From the NCBI GenBank assembly GCA_024275415.1, contig JAJRZD010000121.1, positions 1 through 20,019 on the forward strand: 20,019 bases of DNA, written 5' to 3'. The DNA comes from an archaeon (lineage in GTDB: Archaea; Asgardarchaeota; Thorarchaeia; Thorarchaeales; Thorarchaeaceae). Positions 7,861 to 17,165 of the stretch are shown here, piece after piece; position 1 is the stretch's first letter, and every line of letters begins with the position of its first letter. The notes beneath the pieces are model-generated. The model saw only the letters and a program-made list of their open reading frames with translations. It was not told where the DNA came from and searched no databases. A program made the translations under genes and the position numbers.

Positions 7861-8460
7861 TTACTCGAAAGCTTTCCAGAACTCTTCTGGTTCTTGCCCT
7901 TCCTCGATGAGTTCGATCTCTTGCACCCCGACTCTTTCAGCGTCATATCTACGTGCAATGAGTGTCGCATCGAATTTCTCGCGAGCACTTGCATCCTTTC
8001 CTCTCCATACAAAGATGTCATCCCATGTGTCAATCACGAAGACATCATCACTCTTTAGAGAGTTCCTTTCAAGAGGCAATTCAGCGAAAAAGGTTTCATC
8101 TCCCTCACGATGAACCCGCCACAGCTTGAATTCATGTGTTTCCAGTTGCACCTTCTTCAGAATTCCTTCGGTATCCTCATCCGTTAGCCGAAAGTCATCA
8201 AATAGTGCCTTGAACTCTTCTGGTTCTTGCCCTCCATCTATATGGTCGATATCGGCATGACCTTTCCGCGCTGTGTCTCTGAACACCGCCTCTGCTGCTG
8301 CAAGGAATTTCTCATCAACTGAACTGTTCGGCCCGATCCAGATGTAAATCTTAGAACCGGCATCCACCAGATAACAATCGCCTTTTCCGAAAGCACCTGG
8401 GTCTTTCATCCTGATTAGATTGCCTTTCTGGATATGATATACTGTTGGTTCACCCGGCAT
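7861..8460 (-). CDS. Two-domain gelsolin-like actin regulator (Asgard 2DGel type)
   Basis: Two gelsolin repeats: GDCYLVDAGSKIYIWIG..SSVDEKF.AA...GQEPEEFKALF and DDVFVIDTWDDIFVWRGKDASAREKF.A...EGQEPEEFWKAF. SD AGGAG at 8470-8474 (minus strand) and a TATA-like element at 8498-8503. Confidence 0.93.
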   Translation of the reverse strand: MPGEPTVYHIQKGNLIRMKDPGAFGKGDCYLVDAGSKIYIWIGPNSSVDEKFLAAAEAVFRDTARKGHADIDHIDGGQEPEEFKALFDDFRLTDEDTEGILKKVQLETHEFKLWRVHREGDETFFAELPLERNSLKSDDVFVIDTWDDIFVWRGKDASAREKFDATLIARRYDAERVGVQEIELIEEGQEPEEFWKAFE

Positions 8461-8644
8461 GGCAAATTACTCCTGTCCATCCAACGTCTAATTCGTCTAT
8501 AAATGAAAGCCTGATGGAGTCAATCTTGGTGTTGAGGGGGAATCTTAAGAGTATGTCAACAGATTTGTCACGAATTACTGTCAGACATGTCAAAAATGAC
8601 GCTGCGATATACTAATCAGCACGAACAACAATTAGAGGAGATGG

Positions 8645-9832
8645 GTGATATACGCATTGGATCAATGGGATAAGGACTTTCTAAAAGACATCGTGTGTCT
8701 TGATACGAATAGCGAAGAGAAGAAGAACTATCTCGAATGTTCGAATACCATTGAGCGATACTGTAAAGAGGCTGGTCTTCAGGTAGATGTGTTTGACTCC
8801 AAACATGATGGCAAAGACCAACCCAATCTTGTTGCTTCTCTAGACGTTGGAGCATCGACCACCATCCTTCTATGCACACATTACGATGTGGTGCCTGCCG
8901 GAGATGAGGACGCGTGGAACTACCCTCCGTTCGACACGACCATTAAAGGTGACCTGATATACGGGAGAGGAGTCACTGACAACAAGGGGAACATTGTTGC
9001 TGCTGTGTCTGCCGCGAAGGAATTGTCATCAAAAGCTTCTTCCAATGTCAATCTCAAAATTCTCATCAGTCCAAACGAAGAGGTCGGGGGTAGTTGGGGC
9101 ATCGACTATCTGATGAACGGTCAACCCAAGATACGCGGGGACTTTGCGTTAGTCGTTGACTCCTCCCCAACGTATGTCAGTATCGGTGCCAGTGGTGTGA
9201 TTGCTGGAACAATGACTGTCCATGGCACCCAAGGACATGCTGGCTATCCCTTCAAGTTCAACAATGCCATTCACCTGTCAATCCCCCTTATGCAGGTCAT
9301 GCTTGATTATGTTGACATTCGGAGAAAAGTCACTTCCAAGTTCCCTGCACCTGCGGGAAGTCCTCAGCAGACTCTGTGGGGCCGATTCTCCATGACCGTC
9401 TACAACGCTGGGAGTAAGACGAACACAATCCCTGGGACTGCGGACATCTCCTTTGATTGTAGGACAATCCCTGAGGAAGACATCGAGGCAGTCGCAAAGG
9501 ATATCGAGAATTTCTTCGAGAAAGCAAAAGAAGAAACGGGCGTCGATGCATCGTTAGAATTCATGTCAAAGCATGCTGGATGGGGGTCAGATCCAGAAAA
9601 TGATTTCATCAAGCGGTTCCACTCTGCCGTCATTGAAGTAACTGGCACTGAGATTCCTCTCTCGGCAGACTTGGGCGGGAATGATGGATATTATTTCACT
9701 TCACATGGAATCCCCACCGCATGTTTCGGAACTATTGCAGATGACAGCAACTTCCACGGAATTGATGAATGGCTGTCCATGAAAGACTTTGATTTGGTCA
9801 AGAACGTCATAATTCGCTTTGCGGAGATGTGA
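8645..9832 (+). CDS. M20/ArgE/DapE-family metallopeptidase/deacylase (start possibly TTG 8657)
   Basis: Metal-binding motifs THYDVVP, YGRGVTDNKG, PNEEVGG, VVDS, GTQGHAG, N.IP, GGNDG and NFHGIDEW. Confidence 0.93.
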   Translation: MIYALDQWDKDFLKDIVCLDTNSEEKKNYLECSNTIERYCKEAGLQVDVFDSKHDGKDQPNLVASLDVGASTTILLCTHYDVVPAGDEDAWNYPPFDTTIKGDLIYGRGVTDNKGNIVAAVSAAKELSSKASSNVNLKILISPNEEVGGSWGIDYLMNGQPKIRGDFALVVDSSPTYVSIGASGVIAGTMTVHGTQGHAGYPFKFNNAIHLSIPLMQVMLDYVDIRRKVTSKFPAPAGSPQQTLWGRFSMTVYNAGSKTNTIPGTADISFDCRTIPEEDIEAVAKDIENFFEKAKEETGVDASLEFMSKHAGWGSDPENDFIKRFHSAVIEVTGTEIPLSADLGGNDGYYFTSHGIPTACFGTIADDSNFHGIDEWLSMKDFDLVKNVIIRFAEM

Positions 9833-10962
9833 GCATCATGCCCGACCTCCACGACCTTGAGATTGGTGCTCCAGGACCATTCCTCCCGCCATGGGATAAT
9901 GTCGAGAAGAACGCACGTACGATTGACGAACTTGGGTACGATAGCATGGCATTCCCCGACCATTTTGCTGGCTTCATCCCAGAATGTATCTGGATACCAG
10001 ACATCACTCCTTTGGCACTCCTGCAACAATCGCCCCATACCTATTTCGAACTAGGCTCGATAATGGCTGCCTGTTCAGTTGTAACCCATAGAGTGAAACT
10101 CATATCGGCTGTCACAGAACCTCTAAGACGACATCCAATCCTCATCGCTCAGACTTTCCTGACACTCGACCATATCAGCAGAGGCCGTGTCATTCTGGGA
10201 ATCGGCGCTGGGGAAATCGAGAATGTCGAACCTTACGGGCTGCGCTACAAGTCATTAGTAGGGAAACTAGGAGAGGCTCTAGAGATAATTCACAAGGTCT
10301 GGGAAACCCATGAGCCCTTCGACTACCACGGAAAATATTGGAAACTGAAAGACGCAGTCATGTCCCTTCGCCCTGCGGTTCAAGACAAGCCCCCCCCAAT
10401 ATGGATTGCAGCACATGGCCCGAAGATGCTTGAGCTTACAGCCAAGTTTGGGGATGGATGGATTCCGACGCTCTTGCAACCTCGTGATTTCAAAGAAAGA
10501 CTTGAGGTGATACAAAACCATCGAAAGAATCTTGACAAGGACGGAAAATTCACAGCGGCATTATGGAACTGGGTCATACTTGATGATGACTCCGTCGAAT
10601 GCGAGAGATTGATGAGGACACCTCTTGCGAAAGCGTTTGCTCTCCTTTATCCTGGCTCTGAATGGACACGTCTGGGTTTCGAACACCCCTTCGGTCGGGA
10701 TTTTTACAGCCTCAAGGACTACATTCCTATGAGATATGACCGTCAGGCAGTCATCAACGCGATTGCAAATGTGCCTGATGAGGTACTCAGAGAGTTCTAT
10801 ATGATGGGAGATGCTGAAACGATCATCGGGAAATTGGAGGAATATGTACGAGCAGGGCTGGATCACATGATACTCTGGAATGCCACACCTATGTTCGCGC
10901 TCGAGAAAACACGAAGTTCCTATAAGATCATGAAAGAGGTCCTATCATATGTCAAAGGATGA
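9829..10962 (+). CDS. Luciferase-like (LLM) flavin/F420-dependent oxidoreductase
   Basis: GYDSMAFPDH, VTEPLRRHPILIAQ...TLDHISRGRVILGIGAGE.ENVEPYG and PPIWIAAHGPKMLELTAKFGDGWIP. The GTG start overlaps the M20 stop (an alternative ATG is at 9838). Confidence 0.92.
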   Translation: MSIMPDLHDLEIGAPGPFLPPWDNVEKNARTIDELGYDSMAFPDHFAGFIPECIWIPDITPLALLQQSPHTYFELGSIMAACSVVTHRVKLISAVTEPLRRHPILIAQTFLTLDHISRGRVILGIGAGEIENVEPYGLRYKSLVGKLGEALEIIHKVWETHEPFDYHGKYWKLKDAVMSLRPAVQDKPPPIWIAAHGPKMLELTAKFGDGWIPTLLQPRDFKERLEVIQNHRKNLDKDGKFTAALWNWVILDDDSVECERLMRTPLAKAFALLYPGSEWTRLGFEHPFGRDFYSLKDYIPMRYDRQAVINAIANVPDEVLREFYMMGDAETIIGKLEEYVRAGLDHMILWNATPMFALEKTRSSYKIMKEVLSYVKG

Positions 10963-11512
10963 CCTTGTTGTTGTGACGCAGAACAAGCACAAACTACGCG
11001 AGCTTACTCCCCTCTTCAATGAATATGGGGTCAAGTTTGATATGATAGGACTCGCGAAGTTTGAGATTCGTTCTGATGATGTGGTTTCGGTGGCTCGTGA
11101 GGCGGCAAGGCATGCATATCAGGAATCTGGTCGTCCTGTTGTAGTGGATGATACAGGTCTCTATATTGACGCATTGAATGGGTTCCCAAAAGCGTACCCT
11201 GCCTTTGTTCTTGAAACCATTGGCAACGAAGGTATTCTGAAGCTCCTCAAGGGTGGAGAGAACCGAGATGCGACCTTTGTTAGTGCTGTTGGGTTCTGTG
11301 ATGGTACCACATTGCGTGTGTTCAAGGGCACAATGAAAGGAACTATTAGCCACGAAGAGATTGGAAATGAGGGCTTTGGATATGACCCTATCTTCATACC
11401 TGATGGCTACTCGATGACGTATGCTCAATTGGGGTTTGAAGAGAAAACGGCAATTTCCCATAGAACTCAAGCATTCCGTGGATTCCTCGAGTGGTATGTG
11501 AAGAAACATTGA
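10949..11512 (+). CDS. rdgB: Non-canonical purine NTP pyrophosphatase (RdgB/HAM1, XTP/dITP diphosphatase)
   Basis: TQNKHKLRE, VVVDDTGLYIDALNGFP, GFGYDPIF and EK..ISHR..A. The start overlaps the upstream gene by 14 nt. Confidence 0.95.
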   Translation: MSKDDLVVVTQNKHKLRELTPLFNEYGVKFDMIGLAKFEIRSDDVVSVAREAARHAYQESGRPVVVDDTGLYIDALNGFPKAYPAFVLETIGNEGILKLLKGGENRDATFVSAVGFCDGTTLRVFKGTMKGTISHEEIGNEGFGYDPIFIPDGYSMTYAQLGFEEKTAISHRTQAFRGFLEWYVKKH

Positions 11513-11543
11513 TAACTTTCGCCTGTTTTTACCACTCGTCAGG

Positions 11544-12329
11544 GTGGTGTCTATCATATCGGTCAGCGAATCTACTCTTAAGGCATTGAAGGAACTTGGA
11601 CTCACCGAATATGAGGTGCAGGCGTATGTGACGTTGGTCGATGGTGGGCAGATGGCAGCCTCAGATATCAGTTCCAAATCGGGTGTTCCATTCTCAAGAG
11701 TATATGATGTCCTAGGGCGTCTTGAGGAGAAAGGATTCATCCAGATTCAGCGTGGGCGTCCCACTCTGTACATTCCTAAAGCACCTACTGAAGTGGTGCG
11801 ACTAGTGCGACTCGCATGGGAGGAGAAGCTTACAGCAGCAAGTAAGACAGTCGTTGAGGAACTACAGCCCAGATATGAGAGAGAAACGCCAGCGATATCC
11901 CGTGATGTCTGGCTGCTTCATGGGAGGCCAAACATTCTCGCCAAGGCCCTTGAGATGCTTGAAGGTGCCAGAGAGGAGATACTTCTAAGTCTGCCATCAT
12001 TGGATGTGAAATCCTTTGCGGACGATGGTGAACTTGAGGATCTCACAGCAATCATCGAATCCGTATTCCGTCACAAGGTCGCCAAGGTCTATGTCCTTAC
12101 GTCATCCATCCCTGATTCTTTGACAGATATGCTCCCACACTCTGTTGAGATTCGGTTGCGTCCTGCTTTTGGCGCTGGTCTAGTTGTTGACAGGAGGGAT
12201 GTACTGATTATGCTTGCTGGTGATGATGCCCGAGGTGATTTTCTGGGGGTGTTCAGCTCGGCGCCTGTTTTTGCCGCTATGGCAAGCTCGTATTTTGATT
12301 CATTGTGGAAAGAAAGCACCCCACTATAA
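11544..12329 (+). CDS. TrmB-family transcriptional regulator
   Basis: LKELGLTEYEVQAYVTL...ASDISSKSGVPFSRVYDVLGRLEEKGFI...GRPTLY is the TrmB wHTH, followed by a PLD-like effector domain (LVVDRRDVLI). Confidence 0.93.
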   Translation: MVSIISVSESTLKALKELGLTEYEVQAYVTLVDGGQMAASDISSKSGVPFSRVYDVLGRLEEKGFIQIQRGRPTLYIPKAPTEVVRLVRLAWEEKLTAASKTVVEELQPRYERETPAISRDVWLLHGRPNILAKALEMLEGAREEILLSLPSLDVKSFADDGELEDLTAIIESVFRHKVAKVYVLTSSIPDSLTDMLPHSVEIRLRPAFGAGLVVDRRDVLIMLAGDDARGDFLGVFSSAPVFAAMASSYFDSLWKESTPL

Positions 12330-12416
12330 TTGATCAGTGGTAATATAGCAGGTTAAATTGGTATTCCTACACAATGTCTTGTACACTGCGAACATTATTC
12401 CTAGGAGTACCCCTGA

Positions 12417-13817
12417 ATGACCATTGCTGATGAGAGCACAGATAAGCGGAATTCTGCCAGACATGCAATGGATTACGTTAGCAAACTTTCGTATTCGGCA
12501 TCAACAATTCTAAAGATAATCCAACAGTTGGAAGAGGATCCAGATTCCAATTCATTCTATCCCAGTCAGGAGCTGGGTGAGTTGCGCAAGGCTGTTTCCA
12601 CTTACAGGGGAGGCTTTTATAATGCTGTTGTCAAGAAGCTCGTCCGGATTATATCTAAGGGCGGTGTTGAGATTATCACTTCCAATGACCTCATGGCGAT
12701 CATCAGGCACCTTTGGAAACACAATATCTCTCGACTATCAAAAACCGAATTGATGGTTCTGGAAGGTGCATTGAGGTTTCCAGAACTCCGATTGAACGAG
12801 CTTGCCAAGAGAATAGGGATAAGCTATAGCAAGACTAGACGAGGGTTTGAGCAACTACGTAATTCAGATGTGGTAGAGCGTATAGGTGTCCCAGACCTCG
12901 TTCAGATGGGTCTCGATAGGATCCTCATAATCATGGACTCCTGTCAGGCTGTCCCCACTAGTCCTTACCTCACACAAATCCTCTTTTCTGACAAAATTGC
13001 CAACAAGGTCTTTATCAAGGGCTTGATTCCAAGCAGGAATAGGAATGCTTTCCTGTCCACAGCCAAGTCTTTGAGGTCGCTCTCTGAATCTACATCAGTA
13101 TGGGCATTGTCAAATGGTGAGCCTCATCTCAGTTCTACCTATTATGATACTGATACCAAGCTCTTCGAGTTTGATCCACTTCATTTCAAACTACTTCTAC
13201 GTGCGGGCAGTGTTGACCTAACGGTTGGATCCTTTTCAATGGATCACATCCAATTCCCGAAAAGATTCGATTTATTGGATATCAAGGTGATTGAGAGCCT
13301 ATTGACTGATTATGATTCTACCGTCCGTGACCTTGTAAAGCGAATCGATATGTCCGAAGGCACTGTGTTCAGACGGAGAAGCAAAATAATACGTGATGGT
13401 ATTGTAAAACCCAGAATTCGGATATCCATCCCTGCCCTGTCGGATATCGTCCTAGGGATATTTTCGATAGATTCAGCTTCCAAGGCTATCAATGCTTGGA
13501 GAAGACTTCCCCTTTCGTATGTTTCACAACTTATGAATCTGGAGAACCCTAGCGATAAGCGAATATTGTTCACGGCAGCTCTACCCCGTGGAGGATCCGA
13601 TGATCTCGTTAATGTCCTATCTCAAGAAATGAGCAAGGTCGATGAATACGAAATCTGTAAGATCGATGCAGGAATCTCTGAGGCATTTCCTGTGAGTGCC
13701 CTATATGATGTCCTTGACCGCCGATGGTCTTTCTCATCGTCATTCTTTGACATAAGGAGCTACAGCTCATGCAGGATAGAAGGCGACTCGGCAAGAATCA
13801 CACTTGATTTGGCATGA
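12417..13817 (+). CDS. Hypothetical protein with two Lrp/AsnC-like winged HTH modules
   Basis: LSKTELMVLE..LRFPELRLNELAKRIGISYSKTRR.FEQL and LDIKVIESLLTD..STVRDLVKRIDMSEGTVFRRRSKIIRDGIV. SD GGAG upstream. Confidence 0.7.
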   Translation: MTIADESTDKRNSARHAMDYVSKLSYSASTILKIIQQLEEDPDSNSFYPSQELGELRKAVSTYRGGFYNAVVKKLVRIISKGGVEIITSNDLMAIIRHLWKHNISRLSKTELMVLEGALRFPELRLNELAKRIGISYSKTRRGFEQLRNSDVVERIGVPDLVQMGLDRILIIMDSCQAVPTSPYLTQILFSDKIANKVFIKGLIPSRNRNAFLSTAKSLRSLSESTSVWALSNGEPHLSSTYYDTDTKLFEFDPLHFKLLLRAGSVDLTVGSFSMDHIQFPKRFDLLDIKVIESLLTDYDSTVRDLVKRIDMSEGTVFRRRSKIIRDGIVKPRIRISIPALSDIVLGIFSIDSASKAINAWRRLPLSYVSQLMNLENPSDKRILFTAALPRGGSDDLVNVLSQEMSKVDEYEICKIDAGISEAFPVSALYDVLDRRWSFSSSFFDIRSYSSCRIEGDSARITLDLA

Positions 13818-13858
13818 CAACGGAACTCATATCTTGCATACCTCATCTTTGCTATCAT

Positions 13859-14824
13859 ATGGTTGAAATCATCTTCTTGGGTTCAGGGGGCTCCATTCCC
13901 ACCGAAAAAAGGCGACATCCTGCTATTCTCCTTCGTCATGAAGCGTACAACATTCTTTTTGATGCGGGAGAGAGCGTCCAAATGCGAATAGAACCCTATG
14001 GCATCAACCGAAAAATGGTAATCTTTTGCTCGCATAGGCACCCTGACCATACAATCGGGCTTGTAGGACTGCTTTTGCGTTTCTCACTGCTAGGACGGCA
14101 GAAACCTCTCGACATATTCGGGCCTAAGGATTTGATTCCATGGGTACGGATGGCACAAGAAGCCATTCATATTGGTACTAGCTTCCCCACTACCGTATAC
14201 GGTGTCGAAAACGGTTTCGTCTGGGAACAAGATGAGATGAAGGTTCGAGCATTTGAGGTTTCTCACCGAGGACTTGCATTGGGCTTCGCGTTTTCGTATC
14301 AACGAACTCGCGGCAAATTTCTCCCTGAAAAAGCTCGGGCTCTTGGTGTTCCCAAAGGTGCACTATGGGGGAAATTGGCCTCCGGAGAAACCATTTTTCT
14401 GGATGATGGGCGGCGTATCTCCCCTCACGATGTCACGTTGTCCCCTGGTCATGGGCTTAAGATTGTGTATAGTGGTGACACGCGTCCGTGTGATAACACT
14501 CGTACCGCCGCCAAGGATGCAGACATCCTCATCCATGAGGCCATGTATACTGAGGAACACGGCACACTTGCTGAGGAGCGAGGACATTCTACTGCAAAAC
14601 AGGCAGCAGAGATTGCAGCCATGTCAAATGTCAGACTTCTCATCCTGACCCACTACAGCCCTCGGTATTATGACGGAGCGTCCATCCTTGAAGAGGCACG
14701 AGAAGTATTTCCCACAACTATTCTTGCTCGGGATATGATGACTGTCAGGCTCCTGTATGATGGCACTCTGGAAGTTCGACAGCCAGACGGTCACCTCAGA
14801 AGTTTCAGCGCTTTTCGTGGATAG
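13859..14824 (+). CDS. rnz: Ribonuclease Z (tRNA 3' endonuclease); start likely ATG 13859 rather than 13814
   Basis: IIFLGSGGSIP, LFDAGE, HRHPDH (HxHxDH), the flexible-arm GVPKG.LWGKL..G, YSGDTRP, LIHEAMY, GHSTA and LTHYSPRY. Confidence 0.95.
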   Translation: MVEIIFLGSGGSIPTEKRRHPAILLRHEAYNILFDAGESVQMRIEPYGINRKMVIFCSHRHPDHTIGLVGLLLRFSLLGRQKPLDIFGPKDLIPWVRMAQEAIHIGTSFPTTVYGVENGFVWEQDEMKVRAFEVSHRGLALGFAFSYQRTRGKFLPEKARALGVPKGALWGKLASGETIFLDDGRRISPHDVTLSPGHGLKIVYSGDTRPCDNTRTAAKDADILIHEAMYTEEHGTLAEERGHSTAKQAAEIAAMSNVRLLILTHYSPRYYDGASILEEAREVFPTTILARDMMTVRLLYDGTLEVRQPDGHLRSFSAFRG

Positions 14825-15996
14825 TGTCTGAGCATATGTTTAGCAATATCAAATCTGATTCTATTAATTGACCTGATCCCAAGTGCAAGATCCACAATGT
14901 AGTCCTGTAAAGTACTATCATTCTCAGCCATTTCGCAAATCAGATTGACATTCCTGCTAGATTTGTAAATCCTGTTAGAAACAAAATTAGCAGCGCTGAA
15001 CTCTGTACCAAGCGCTTGCCCGAGTCTTCGTTCATATTCCTTGATACGAAGTGGGTTTTTATCGCGTACAGACTCGTATGCTACCTGCCCCGCTATGATG
15101 CCAGACCGAATTGCATAATATATCCCTTCTCCAGTGATGGGCGATACGAGCCCTGCGGCATCACCTACCAGCATGGTGCGCCGAGCCACGAGCCTGCTGT
15201 CTAATCGTGCCAATGGAATACGATGGGCTTTCTGCCCTGACGTGTCAATCTCAACGCCTTTTTCTTTTTCAAATCTATGAACGAAAGCCTTCCATGCAGC
15301 ACGCAGGTTTCTGACCCCGTGCTTCATTTTGTATCCTATACCAAGGCTGATCTCATCCTGCCTCGGAAAACACCATCCATAACCATATTCGACTGCCCAC
15401 AAGTATATCTCCAGTGCAAGTCTGTTGCTGTCCGCGTCAATCGAAAACAACTGTTGAACCTCGCTTGGACTAAAAGGGATGTCCGCTGCGATACATAGGG
15501 CGATACGGTCACTACCCCATTTTCTTCGAATGCCTGTGCTACGAGCTACAATGCTATTGACGCCATCAGCGCCTACCAATAGGTGTCCTTTGAACGAATC
15601 ACCATGAGACAGGACACGGATTCCTGTTTTCAATTGCTCCACTGACAGAACCTTGATGTCATCGACTACCTCGACGCCTTCTTTCCGAGCCTCATCAACT
15701 AGCAGGGCATCGAACTCATCCCGCTTGACAGTGAATGCTCTAACGTCCTCCCGAATGATTTCTATCCTCTGACTTGGCGGTGCATGAATCACTGCACAAT
15801 GAACCTCATGTTGGACTGCCTTTGAGATATCAAAGTCGACTGTGTCCATGATTCTTGGACTAAGAGCACCACCACATAGTTTGTTTCGAGGAATTCTTTC
15901 TTTTTCTATCAGAATAACATGCAGCCCCCGAACTGCTGCTTCTCGGGCACACATTGCCCCAGCAGGCCCACTTCCAACTACTACAAGGTCATACAT
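14791..15996 (-). CDS. Geranylgeranyl reductase-family FAD-dependent oxidoreductase (archaeal lipid saturation, inferred)
   Basis: YDLVVVGSGPAGA, KLCGGAL, R.EFDALL...A, VGADGVNS, YGYGWCFP and LVGDAAGLVSPITGEGIYYA. Confidence 0.93.
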   Translation of the reverse strand: MYDLVVVGSGPAGAMCAREAAVRGLHVILIEKERIPRNKLCGGALSPRIMDTVDFDISKAVQHEVHCAVIHAPPSQRIEIIREDVRAFTVKRDEFDALLVDEARKEGVEVVDDIKVLSVEQLKTGIRVLSHGDSFKGHLLVGADGVNSIVARSTGIRRKWGSDRIALCIAADIPFSPSEVQQLFSIDADSNRLALEIYLWAVEYGYGWCFPRQDEISLGIGYKMKHGVRNLRAAWKAFVHRFEKEKGVEIDTSGQKAHRIPLARLDSRLVARRTMLVGDAAGLVSPITGEGIYYAIRSGIIAGQVAYESVRDKNPLRIKEYERRLGQALGTEFSAANFVSNRIYKSSRNVNLICEMAENDSTLQDYIVDLALGIRSINRIRFDIAKHMLRHYPRKALKLLR

Positions 15997-16073
15997 GATC
16001 TATCCCTTTCAAATGCATACACTGTCAACACTGTTAAATTGCTTATTGATTTGATGATTCCTCAGGGATTGGG

Positions 16074-17114
16074 ATGTCAAAGCAAAAAACAGTCTGTATC
16101 ATCGCTACAGGTGGGACAATTGGCAGCGTGACCGACGAGAGTACGAAAGCTTTCAGGCCTGGCTTAAGCGTACAGGAGCTTGTTTCTACTCTCCCTAAAG
16201 GGATGAGCACAGTCAAGGTGATCGAACGAGACTTGATGCAGACGGATTCCGCAAACATGCAACCTCGTCATTGGCAGGTCATTGCCTCAGAAATTAAGAA
16301 GGTGAGCGAGGAACTCCCTGATCTCGACGGGATTGTGGTGACACACGGCACAGACACGATGGTGTATTCCGCTTCTGCCATCAGTTTCATGATTCAGGAT
16401 TTCGGTATCCCGATCGTGTTCACAGGATCCCAAATTCCCGCAAGTATCCCTTGGAGCGATGGCCCCCGAAACCTCATTGATGCGATACGTGTGGCATCCA
16501 GCTCGGATCTTGCAGAAACATGTATCGTCTTCAATGGTGAGATTCACCGCCCAACAAGAGCCAAGAAAACACGAGTGAATACATATGATGCTTTTGACTC
16601 GATGGATCCAAGGCCTCTTGGTATCATGGCAAGGGACATCATTCTCTATGAGGGACATCAGAAGCGTCATAATCTTGTACCAAGATTCGATACCAAACTC
16701 GATGATAGGGTGTTCCTCCTGAAAGTTTTCCCGGGCATCCCCCCTAGCATCTTGAACAGGATTGCAGACTTGGGATACCATGGAATCGTGATAGAAGGGT
16801 ACGGTGAGGGAACGATTCCCAGTGATGAGAATGCATTGGCTGCTGGCATAGGCCAAGTCATTGCGCGGGGCTGTTTCGTGGTTATCAGTTCGCAATGCAC
16901 GTATGGTGATGCGGATCTCTCGGTCTATGAAGTTGGAAGAACTGCTCTTGAAGTTGGCGCCATGGGTGCAAGTGATATGACTTCCGAGGCAGCGTTTGTG
17001 AAACTGGCGTGGGTGTTGGGTCATTCGAGAAACCCCCCTACTGTTAGGAAGATGATGAACACAAACTACGTGGGCGAGATGTCGTATCACCTTGACAAAT
17101 ACTCTATCAGTTGA
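16074..17114 (+). CDS. ansA: L-asparaginase, type I family (no GatD N-terminal domain)
   Basis: Catalytic motifs ATGGTI, DSANM, VTHGTDTM.Y, TGSQIP, G.VIEGYGEG and SQC..G. It starts directly at the catalytic domain. Confidence 0.9.
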   Translation: MSKQKTVCIIATGGTIGSVTDESTKAFRPGLSVQELVSTLPKGMSTVKVIERDLMQTDSANMQPRHWQVIASEIKKVSEELPDLDGIVVTHGTDTMVYSASAISFMIQDFGIPIVFTGSQIPASIPWSDGPRNLIDAIRVASSSDLAETCIVFNGEIHRPTRAKKTRVNTYDAFDSMDPRPLGIMARDIILYEGHQKRHNLVPRFDTKLDDRVFLLKVFPGIPPSILNRIADLGYHGIVIEGYGEGTIPSDENALAAGIGQVIARGCFVVISSQCTYGDADLSVYEVGRTALEVGAMGASDMTSEAAFVKLAWVLGHSRNPPTVRKMMNTNYVGEMSYHLDKYSIS

Positions 17115-17134
17115 GTTGGAACACGCCGTCATCC

Positions 17135-17140
17135 TTAAAT
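17135..17140 (+). promoter_or_regulatory. Putative TATA box of the tRNA-Ser gene
   Basis: TTAAAT ends 26 nt upstream of tRNA position 1. Confidence 0.55.
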
Positions 17141-17165
17141 CCAGACCATTACTCCCTGTGATTGA

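Noticed and set aside
10994-11740. 248-aa antisense ORF
   Set aside because: Shadow of rdgB and trmB, with no motifs.
16074-17114. GatD (Glu-tRNA amidotransferase) assignment
   Set aside because: It lacks the GatD N-terminal domain and there is no adjacent gatE, so a plain asparaginase is more likely.
16287-17132. 281-aa antisense ORF
   Set aside because: It lies entirely opposite the asparaginase, has no recognisable motif and shows typical shadow-frame composition.
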